DNA of 64,000 nucleotides, taken from positions 64,001 to 128,000 of the forward strand of contig JAWACY010000002.1 in assembly GCA_038896535.1 (NCBI GenBank), in the 5' to 3' direction. Made by a program: the position numbers and the translations under genes. Under the pieces are notes generated by a model. That model saw only the letters and a list, made by a program, of their open reading frames with translations. It was not told where the DNA came from and did no database searches. The DNA comes from Candidatus Anstonellales archaeon. GTDB taxonomy: Archaea; Micrarchaeota; Micrarchaeia; Anstonellales; J096. Positions 39,636 through 48,039 of this stretch are shown here, in pieces; the stretch's first letter is position 1, and each line of letters begins with the position of its first letter.

Positions 39636-40150
39636 TTTTTAATGGCACCCCTATTTTTAATAAAAAACCTCGTAAACGGCTTAGCATAAAAAATGCCATT
39701 GCTAAACAATACGTCAGATATGTAAATATCAATGTTGTCATATTCAATAATAGCATTTTTCACTTCATATTTGCCTTTATCGCTACATAAATAAAGCTTA
39801 TTATCAGATATGCTTGATTTTGCATACACATTAAAATAGCCCCTACCATTTAACTCTTCAAGGCTTAAAAATTTCGAATGCTTTATTACTTCAATGACTG
39901 ATAATGGAGTTGTGTATATAGCATTATTTCTTATTTTTGCATTCATTATCTTTATTTCATCTCTTGCTTTTATATTTTTTATATGCATTGGCAAAGCATA
40001 AACAAATGCTTTATTGTTATTCTGCATAATACTGAATCCATGCCCATAAACATGTAAAACAACTGCATTTGATATTTTTACATGGTCAAGTTCTTTTACT
40101 TTATATATGTCATTTAATAAAAAATCAACAGCCATAAATAAATAACTCAT
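39617..40150 (-). CDS. Hypothetical protein, possible degenerate OB folds
   Basis: IKARDEIKIMNAKIR...SVIEVI resembles an RPA/SSB OB-fold end. 3' end overlaps the tRNA. Confidence 0.55.
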   Translation of the reverse strand: MSYLFMAVDFLLNDIYKVKELDHVKISNAVVLHVYGHGFSIMQNNNKAFVYALPMHIKNIKARDEIKIMNAKIRNNAIYTTPLSVIEVIKHSKFLSLEELNGRGYFNVYAKSSISDNKLYLCSDKGKYEVKNAIIEYDNIDIYISDVLFSNGIFYAKPFTRFFIKNRGAIKNGDARI

Positions 40151-40180
40151 GCTTTTTTAAACTTTATTACAAAAAGTTTT

Positions 40181-40873
40181 ATGGCATTTTTTAAAGATAG
40201 AACTTATTCCTTATCTCCTTCTTCCTTAGCTTTATTCAAAGAATGCAAAAGATGCTTCTGGCTTCATATAAATAAAAGGTTTAAAAGGCCTACATCTGCA
40301 TTTCCTTCATTGCCATCTGGTATAGATAAACTTATAAAAGAGCACTTTAACTATCATTTAGAAAGCGGCACAAGGCCAAAGGAACTTTCATTCTTATCAG
40401 AAAAGATAAATCTCTTTTCAAATAAAGAAATACTTAAAAAATGGATGGCAAATATTGAATGGCAAGACGAAGAAGGAAATAAGTTAAATGGTAAAATAGA
40501 CTATCTTTTAGAAGATGAGGAAAAAAGGGCTATAATAATAGATTTTAAAACAAAGGGCAGTTATGTGAATGAAAACGATGTTAAGAATATAGAAATTTTT
40601 TACAAACCGCAGCTAGAGATTTATGCATATTTAGTAATGAAAAACGGCTTTTATGTGAATAACTATGGCTATTTGCTCTATTTCTACCCTAAAAGCATAA
40701 ATGAAGACGGAAGCTTCGTATTTGGCATTGAAGGAAAAAAAGTTATGCTTGATATTATGCAAGCAGAAGCATTATTTAAAGATGCAATAGAAACATTAAG
40801 GGGCCCATTGCCAGAAAGCAGCAAAACATGCGATTTCTGTTCCTGGGCTGATAAAAGAGCATATTTTATATAA
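40181..40873 (+). CDS. PD-(D/E)XK nuclease, Cas4/RecB-like (stand-alone)
   Basis: LSPSSL, CKRC, GKIDYL, IIDFKT, QLEIYAYL, CDFC. Confidence 0.9.
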   Translation: MAFFKDRTYSLSPSSLALFKECKRCFWLHINKRFKRPTSAFPSLPSGIDKLIKEHFNYHLESGTRPKELSFLSEKINLFSNKEILKKWMANIEWQDEEGNKLNGKIDYLLEDEEKRAIIIDFKTKGSYVNENDVKNIEIFYKPQLEIYAYLVMKNGFYVNNYGYLLYFYPKSINEDGSFVFGIEGKKVMLDIMQAEALFKDAIETLRGPLPESSKTCDFCSWADKRAYFI

Positions 40874-40918
40874 AGTACATTTTATACTTTTCTTAATAGC
40901 CAACTTTGTTCAAATAAT

Positions 40919-41497
40919 TTAAACTAATCTTTTGTAAGCTGTCAGGCCATAATGCCCTTTGAAAAACTTATAATTTGCATTATACAAAGCTCTTTCTAGT
41001 TTCGTGCCTCTTTTTTCAATTACATAATTTAGCTCGTCTTCTTTTGGATTTTCCCCGCATACACAAACAACGTAGTTTAATTTTTTCTCTTTTGCTCTTT
41101 GCTCTGTAAGCTCTATAAGCTTTTCTCTTATGCCATGTCCCTCAAATGCTATTAATATTGCTATATCCTGTAAGTATAGAGTGTTTGCTTCATTACAGCT
41201 ATATAGGGATTTTGTCAGCTCGTTAAAGCATAAAGGCCATGATAATGATAAACCAACTAAAAGTCTATCGACATATGCTCCATAACTCGTTTTATATCTT
41301 ATAATTTCTTCCAGCTCTTTTATTTCTTTTTCCCCTATTTCAAAAGCAGTCCTTCTCAGAACTGATACAACATCATCTATATCTTCTTTTTCCAATAGCT
41401 TAAATTCCGTCTGCTCACTATCAACTGCAAAACTCTTAATACGCCTTCTTTCTAATGCTATTGGCTCTTCTATCTTCTTTTCTTTTGTTTTTTCCAC
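40919..41497 (-). CDS. GNAT-family N-acetyltransferase
   Basis: LYLQDIAILIAFEGHGIREKLIELTEQRAK acetyl-CoA-binding pattern. GTG start. Confidence 0.75.
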   Translation of the reverse strand: MEKTKEKKIEEPIALERRRIKSFAVDSEQTEFKLLEKEDIDDVVSVLRRTAFEIGEKEIKELEEIIRYKTSYGAYVDRLLVGLSLSWPLCFNELTKSLYSCNEANTLYLQDIAILIAFEGHGIREKLIELTEQRAKEKKLNYVVCVCGENPKEDELNYVIEKRGTKLERALYNANYKFFKGHYGLTAYKRLV

Positions 41498-41611
41498 ATT
41501 TTATATAATTGCATAAGTTTTTAAAGCCTTTATACAAATATTTTTTTAGTGATGACATGAACAACCTCTGAACATATGATGAAGCTGACAGCGTCTGAAT
41601 TTGGTGGTAAT

Positions 41612-42028
41612 ATGTTTTTTGATCCTTTTGAATACATTGAAAGAATGAGAAAGCATTTTGATAAGCTATTTAAAAATAAGGAAGTTGGTATATTTACTAT
41701 TGCTCCTGTCAATGCATATAAAGATGGTAGCAATGTTGTTTATGAATTTCATATGCCTGGGTTTAGAAAAGATGAAATAAAAATAAGTTTATATGATGGC
41801 ATAATACATGTAAAAGCAGAAAAGAAAAGTGATATAAAAAAGCATGGCAAGGAAAAGAGTAAAGAATATTTCTATGAGGAAAGGGCCATAACAAAAATGG
41901 AAAGAAAACTGCCTATTCCTGATGGGGCAATATTAGAAAAAATAAGTGCAGAATATAAAGATGGCATATTAAAACTTGTTGTGCCAATTAAAACAAGCAA
42001 GAATAAAAAAGACATAAGCATAAAATAA
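41612..42028 (+). CDS. Small heat-shock protein Hsp20
   Basis: MPGFRKDEIKI, ERKLPIP, ISAEYKDGILKLVVP. GGTGG RBS. Confidence 0.93.
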   Translation: MFFDPFEYIERMRKHFDKLFKNKEVGIFTIAPVNAYKDGSNVVYEFHMPGFRKDEIKISLYDGIIHVKAEKKSDIKKHGKEKSKEYFYEERAITKMERKLPIPDGAILEKISAEYKDGILKLVVPIKTSKNKKDISIK

Positions 42029-42312
42029 AAATAAGCATTTTATATTAATCATTTTCTATCAATCTATCCTGCAATCCAGTTTTTATTCTACCAAAATGCT
42101 AACCCAAGATAGCCCACAGATAATACACAAGATAAATCAATAAAGTTAATAAAAAACAAATGAAAAAAGCGATAAACAATAAAAATAAAAAATAATAAAA
42201 TAATAAAAAAAGAAAAAAGAAAAAAATCAAAAAGAAAAAATCAACAAAAAGCAAATAAAAAAGCAAAACAAATGTTTAAAAATGTTGCATAACATAAATT
42301 ATTGGTGGTTTT

Positions 42313-44499
42313 ATGGTTGAGAAACTGCAAAGCCCTCCTCCAGCATATGAGGAAATAAATAAAAACACGAAGGATGAATCAAGAAAGCTGGCATTGGAAG
42401 CCCTTAACTCCCTCAGAAATAACCCCAAATTCAAACAAGAATGGTTAACAAAAGAATTAGGAGAAAAAATCTCATCAATAACAAAGAAAATAATAGAAAA
42501 CACATCAGGAGAATCAAGAAAGTGGGCATTCGAAGCTCTTAACAACCTCCTACAAAACCCAAAATTCAACCCAGAATGGCTAAAACCAGAATTAGGAGGC
42601 AATATATCATCAGTAGTTAATAAGATTATGAGAAACGATTCACTAAGTGAAGAGCAAAAAAGGGCCTCATTAAATAATTTAAATGGACTTCTTCAAAATG
42701 CAGAAAATCCCATACGGATATTGTCAGGACAAGGAGCCACACAACAAACACCAACAGTTAGAGGAGAAGTGGCAAGAAGAGCAAGGAGCCAGATGCAAAG
42801 TGAAAATTATTATAGAGGCATTTCTACTGCTCTGGCTTATTATTTAGTTGGTAAAACTAAATATGAATATTTAATAGCGGAGCAAAGGGATCAACTCCAA
42901 AAATATGGAGTTGATGAAAAAACATTTAATGCTTATATTAAATATTTTAGGGAAAAGGGGGTAAAAAGTAGCATTGTAGATAAAGACGCTTATATTAGGG
43001 GCGTGCCTTTAGAAGAAGCACTTTTTGTAATACTTGTAGTAACAGGGACTGGACCAGTTGGAATGGAGACAATAAGAGAGATAACTAAGAATTACAATGA
43101 AACAAACAAAATGAAAGATATTAACGATTTATTTGGAGGGTCTTTGGCCCACTTAAGTCAACGAGGTGTAAGGGGAGCAAGTGGCTATAAACAGTATTTT
43201 GGTGGTGTGATTGATTATCTAACATGGGAAAGTCCTCAAACGCAAGCAGGACCTTTAGAAGCAATTGGAGATATATTAAGAATGGCTAATGATAACAGAA
43301 AGAATTGGGGAGAAAAAGCTGTAAAAGAAGCATTGGATAACATTAGGGGGCTACTGGCTCAACCAGCACCACCTAAAGTTGAAGAAGGAAAAGTTCCACC
43401 AGCAACAGAACCTATAATTGGAAGGCCAGGTGCTCCCCCTCATGCTGAACAACAACCTGCGCCTCCTATAGCAACACCAAAGCCCGCTGTCACCGCACAA
43501 CCACCAGAAAAAGTAGAATTATTATCGCAGGGAGATTTGCAGAAAATAGTTGATAAATTAAACCAAAATCAAAATAAACCGCCTTATACTAAGTATGGTG
43601 TAGATGAGAGTGAGAATAAAATTAATGTTGCTTATGAAGTGGTTAAAGTGTTGGGGCTTGGTGAAGGACTCACACAAGACATAGAAGAATCAAGAAGGCA
43701 AAGAGCAGCAGTTGATCATGCATATAAGATTATAACTAATTTATCACCAAATGTTGAGGAAAGGAGGCTTTATTTAAAGAATGTAAACCCAGCAGCATTT
43801 GAGGATTTGAGGAGAATATTAAGTGGAACATATGCTTCTAAACTTTTAGATGACATTATAGGTGATGAAGCTGGTAGAAAATATATAAACTTAAAAAACC
43901 TTGATGCATTATATACAACACTTACTAAAGATGGTAGACATGTGTTGATAAAAAGTTTATTGAACGCTGCTGGCGTTAATGAAAATGATTTCTTAGATTT
44001 TATTAATTGGGATAAAGATAAAAAGGAAATTAAAAGTCTTAAAGACTTATGGGAAAGGCTTAGCGATGATGAAACAGGAGCAATGCTGGGAACTGCTGTG
44101 ATGTTTATTGCTGGGTATAAGGGTAATTATTTATACACATCTTATCGCAGCAGGGAGGGCGCAAAAACAGAAATAAGTTTTACTACAGAAGATGTTGAAA
44201 GCAAAATAGGCAAAGGTGGGGGAGTTGTATTAAGTATTAGGGCGCGCTATGGAAATGGACCAATAGAAACAATAACAGAAAAAGAAAAAGGAAAGGGGCC
44301 AATAAGTGAAGAAGATAAGTCAGCACAACCAAGTCTAACGCCTGGCGGTGGAGGGGCTGAGACCCCCCCCACAGCGGAGGGAGGAGGAGAAGGAGAAAAA
44401 AGAGAAGGAACAGAAAGCCAACAACAAGAAAAAAAAGAAGAAAAACAAACAGAAACACCACAAGCACCAGAAGGACCAGGAGGACCAATAACACCATAA
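42313..44499 (+). CDS. 728-aa orphan protein with helical repeats and Pro-rich/acidic disordered segments
   Basis: Long ORF with GGTGG RBS. No signal peptide and no recognised family. Confidence 0.85.
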   Translation: MVEKLQSPPPAYEEINKNTKDESRKLALEALNSLRNNPKFKQEWLTKELGEKISSITKKIIENTSGESRKWAFEALNNLLQNPKFNPEWLKPELGGNISSVVNKIMRNDSLSEEQKRASLNNLNGLLQNAENPIRILSGQGATQQTPTVRGEVARRARSQMQSENYYRGISTALAYYLVGKTKYEYLIAEQRDQLQKYGVDEKTFNAYIKYFREKGVKSSIVDKDAYIRGVPLEEALFVILVVTGTGPVGMETIREITKNYNETNKMKDINDLFGGSLAHLSQRGVRGASGYKQYFGGVIDYLTWESPQTQAGPLEAIGDILRMANDNRKNWGEKAVKEALDNIRGLLAQPAPPKVEEGKVPPATEPIIGRPGAPPHAEQQPAPPIATPKPAVTAQPPEKVELLSQGDLQKIVDKLNQNQNKPPYTKYGVDESENKINVAYEVVKVLGLGEGLTQDIEESRRQRAAVDHAYKIITNLSPNVEERRLYLKNVNPAAFEDLRRILSGTYASKLLDDIIGDEAGRKYINLKNLDALYTTLTKDGRHVLIKSLLNAAGVNENDFLDFINWDKDKKEIKSLKDLWERLSDDETGAMLGTAVMFIAGYKGNYLYTSYRSREGAKTEISFTTEDVESKIGKGGGVVLSIRARYGNGPIETITEKEKGKGPISEEDKSAQPSLTPGGGGAETPPTAEGGGEGEKREGTESQQQEKKEEKQTETPQAPEGPGGPITP
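42376..42636 (+). repeat. Intragenic tandem repeat, 135-nt (45-aa) period
   Basis: GAATCAAGAAAG starts at 42376 and 42511. ESRKLALEALNSLRNNPKFKQEWL versus ESRKWAFEALNNLLQNPKFNPEWL. Confidence 0.85.
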
Positions 44500-44881
44500 A
44501 ATAATAAATACAGAACAGAGAACAGGACATTCGGGCAATGAGGGGGTTAGGTAGGATTGTTAGGTGGGGGCAGGGGGAGGTTGTTTTAGATGGGGTTATT
44601 TGGGCGGTTGGTTATTTATGAATACTGATGGAGAGATAGGATAAAAAGAATAAAAAGTTGAGCTTATTATATCACTTATCTTATGATATTATAGAGTAAA
44701 TAGATAAAGACAAATAAAATCAATGAGAGATGAAAAAAACACGATAACAGATTTGGGGAGAAGTGTTAAAAATAAGAGCGTGTGCTTTGTATATGGGCTG
44801 TTTTATCTCAAAAAATATCTCAAAAAAATCAACATGCGGAATTATATAGTATAAAAAGCAATAAAAACCAAATAAAATTCA

Positions 44882-47800
44882 TTATTTCTCTTCTTCAAGT
44901 TTTTTCTCTAATGCTTTCAAATCCTCAATGAGTTTATCAAATGTTTTTTGTTCGGATTGCTCTCGGAAAATACTAGGGGCACTAACCCTCAAAAAATTAA
45001 AGTACTCTTCATACCTGCCGCTGAAATCTCTAAAACACAGACCAGGCATATTATAAAGATCGTTTATATCATCCCTCATTTGGTTTTTGAATTCTTGTGA
45101 TGTTGTTTTTTTAGTGGCCATTTCTTGTGCTGTCTTTAGAAATTGCGCCTCATAACTATCTGGCACTAGTAAAAAATATGATTCAACACCATCTTGACCT
45201 ATTTTTCCTCCTACTGCTTTTATATAACCTAACGGATTATTTACGATAGATGTATAAAGATTTATTACCTTCTTGATTGAACTAAACTCCGTTTGTTCTT
45301 TTTCTGCTTCCTTTTGTTCTTGTGTTGGTTCTAGTTTTTTGTATAAATCGTTAAATAATCTTGTAATTTCCCCTTCGTTGCCAAGCAATTTTTTCAACGC
45401 TTCATATTCACTTTCTCCCAATATCTCTTTAGCGAGTTTTCCGTCTTCTACTTCTAGTAAAGGAGTATAATAATATATAATGGGCTCTAAATTCCTCAAA
45501 ACTGTTAAAACATCTTCAAAATAGCTTAAATAAGCATTTCTTATTTCACTCCTTATTTTAGATATTTCAAGCAACACATGATATTTAGCCCTTTCTGACA
45601 AATTAAATTTTTTCAGCTTCTCAATTAGTCTTCTCTCTTCTTCCTTTAACTCATTTATTCTGTCTTTGGTTTTTTCCAATGCCTCGTTATTCAATTTTTC
45701 TAATTCATTTATGTAGTTATTTATTGTTCCGCTGTCATATTTTGATAAAAAATCATGTAATGAAACCTGCTCTCCGTTAAAATAAAACCTATAATGAAAA
45801 GGCGTAAATGGTTCTTTAATACCAAGCAAGCTTAAAAAAGGCGACAAAAGTGGCACTCTTGCTTTTTTCTCATCCTCATACTGTTGTTTTACTATTTCTC
45901 TAAATCTATTATCGATCTTACTAATCACATTGTCTTTATCTAAACCAAATTTCGTTGCAAATGACTCCGCAATTCCAGTCTTTATCTCCATAAATGGCGC
46001 TGCACTACCATAATTAACCTTAAAAAACATGAAATCTATTAAAGCTCTATAATCAAGCTTAATATAATCAGCGGCTTCCTCAATAGAAACACCGTATGTT
46101 TTTGCAAGCGCTAAAATCCTTCTTACGGAATAAGAAAGAGCACTTATTACATCCCCTGTATAATTCCATTTCCTTTCATATATAAGAGCCCCTACATCTT
46201 TCTTAAATTTTTCTATGTTGCTTATTCCACTCAATTTTTCTACTGCTTTAACCAATACCTCAACAACATCGCTTTCCTTCATATCGCCAGAAAGATAAAA
46301 AACAGGTGAGCTGGGGTTTCGAATATCTATTTTTGTACTGAGATATGTTATTATTGCAGCCATTTCTCTTATTTGTTCCGGCTTTAGAGTATTCAGGTTA
46401 ACAAGTTTATTTAATCTTACGTATCTCTCCCTCATTTTTTCTGCTATTTTTTCTCTTAACGTTTTTCTTGCTTCGTCTCCATTATAAAAACTATAACTTA
46501 TCCATTGCTTCTTTTCCTCTTCCAACTCTTTTATCTCTTTTTCTCTTTGCCCCCTTATTATATCCCATGCTTTCTTGAATGCTTCCCCTCCTTGTTCAAC
46601 AAGAGTAAATATAAATTTCGGTGGAAAGCCAAAAGTTGATATATCCTCCAATTTCGATATTGATGCAAATTGCAATGTTTCATAAAATGCTTCTAATGAT
46701 GCATACACATAACTATTCTTGCCAAGAGGGTTTTTTCCATTTTCCAGTGCTTGCAGGATTCTTTCCATTAAACCCTTTGCTCTTATAATATCACCAAAAA
46801 TAAGAAGTTTATAAACAATTTCCATATGTTTTGACAGATCTTCTGTTTTTTCTATTTTTATCTCAGTCTTCAACAAATTATCTGCCAACACTGCAGTTCT
46901 CTTATAAAAATCAAAAGCCGAACTTAATACGTTCTTAGCTGCTTCCAATGGGGATATGCCAAGTTTTTTTATGTATTCTAATGCTGCTTCACCTGTATAA
47001 ACTATAATCTCTCCTGATTTGCCTGTTTCTACATAAATCATACCTCTTGCCCTTATATCTCTTTGATATTCACCACTAAATGCATTATTTACATACATAG
47101 CCAAAATATAAAATGCTGCCATTTGTGTATTTGTAAAAACAAATTTCCCAGATCTTATATTTAATGCGCCAGCCGGTGTTTCAAGGCTTAATTTACCGCC
47201 AGCCAGCCACCTAAAATCGAGTAAATCCGGGGCTAATGTAATGCCTGCATATGGCCCAAACTTATGAGACACTCCTGCTAAAAATTCTTCAACCTCGGCC
47301 TGAACATAAGGGTTCCATTGTGGCACTTCTGCCCCAATTGCAACGCCAGAACTAGAAGTTGGAACTTGCATTCTTCTGCCTTCAGGATGTGGTATTTCTT
47401 GTATTGTTCTTTCTTCTACCCTAACTCCAAATCCAGCTGTTGGTTGGAGCTTTTCTGTTGGGGTAATTATCACACCGAAACGAGGGCCTGCCTCTAACCT
47501 TTGTTCATAATAATTAGTTATTGCTGTTGTACCTCTGTTTATAAATACTTCCTCTAAAGCGTTTTTAATATCTTCCAAATTCGCATGTCTATTTTTTGAA
47601 CTCTTGTAAAGAGATTCAACTAGGCCCTCTAAATCTCCTTTTGTAAGATAAACAGTACCCCCCAACAGTTCTTTTATCTTCTGTAGTTCTCCTTCTGATA
47701 GTAAAATACCGCCAGACCCAGCCAAAGCTTGTGGGCCAGCTAATAAATCAATAGGTAGAACAAATACTCGACTCTCTTGATCATATATAACTACTTCCTT

Positions 47801-47986
47801 GCCATTATAGGTTATCTTACCATCCCTCCCTATTTTATAACCAGCATTTTTCATCTTATTTAAAAGCCAATCATAAACCTTTCTCCATGGTTCTCTCTTG
47901 TATTCTTGCTTTTTTCTTTGCTCCTCTGCCTTCTCTGCTGTTTCCCTTGTTCGTTGTTCCAGTTTACTTCCTTTTTCTTGCCCCAA
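44882..47986 (-). CDS. 1034-aa orphan protein; amphipathic beta segment followed by long helical region
   Basis: Long ORF, TTG start after GGTGG. No signal peptide. Confidence 0.85.
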   Translation of the reverse strand: MGQEKGSKLEQRTRETAEKAEEQRKKQEYKREPWRKVYDWLLNKMKNAGYKIGRDGKITYNGKEVVIYDQESRVFVLPIDLLAGPQALAGSGGILLSEGELQKIKELLGGTVYLTKGDLEGLVESLYKSSKNRHANLEDIKNALEEVFINRGTTAITNYYEQRLEAGPRFGVIITPTEKLQPTAGFGVRVEERTIQEIPHPEGRRMQVPTSSSGVAIGAEVPQWNPYVQAEVEEFLAGVSHKFGPYAGITLAPDLLDFRWLAGGKLSLETPAGALNIRSGKFVFTNTQMAAFYILAMYVNNAFSGEYQRDIRARGMIYVETGKSGEIIVYTGEAALEYIKKLGISPLEAAKNVLSSAFDFYKRTAVLADNLLKTEIKIEKTEDLSKHMEIVYKLLIFGDIIRAKGLMERILQALENGKNPLGKNSYVYASLEAFYETLQFASISKLEDISTFGFPPKFIFTLVEQGGEAFKKAWDIIRGQREKEIKELEEEKKQWISYSFYNGDEARKTLREKIAEKMRERYVRLNKLVNLNTLKPEQIREMAAIITYLSTKIDIRNPSSPVFYLSGDMKESDVVEVLVKAVEKLSGISNIEKFKKDVGALIYERKWNYTGDVISALSYSVRRILALAKTYGVSIEEAADYIKLDYRALIDFMFFKVNYGSAAPFMEIKTGIAESFATKFGLDKDNVISKIDNRFREIVKQQYEDEKKARVPLLSPFLSLLGIKEPFTPFHYRFYFNGEQVSLHDFLSKYDSGTINNYINELEKLNNEALEKTKDRINELKEEERRLIEKLKKFNLSERAKYHVLLEISKIRSEIRNAYLSYFEDVLTVLRNLEPIIYYYTPLLEVEDGKLAKEILGESEYEALKKLLGNEGEITRLFNDLYKKLEPTQEQKEAEKEQTEFSSIKKVINLYTSIVNNPLGYIKAVGGKIGQDGVESYFLLVPDSYEAQFLKTAQEMATKKTTSQEFKNQMRDDINDLYNMPGLCFRDFSGRYEEYFNFLRVSAPSIFREQSEQKTFDKLIEDLKALEKKLEEEK

Positions 47987-48039
47987 TATCCCACCATTTA
48001 TTTATTAAAATATTCATTTCCTCGGCATGTGCACAATCA

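Noticed and set aside
42130..42275. A-rich tract as a possible repeat element or origin unwinding region
   Set aside because: Low-complexity poly-A with no ORB-like boxes and no cdc6/orc1 nearby. Similar tracts occur in other spacers, e.g. 33740-33850.
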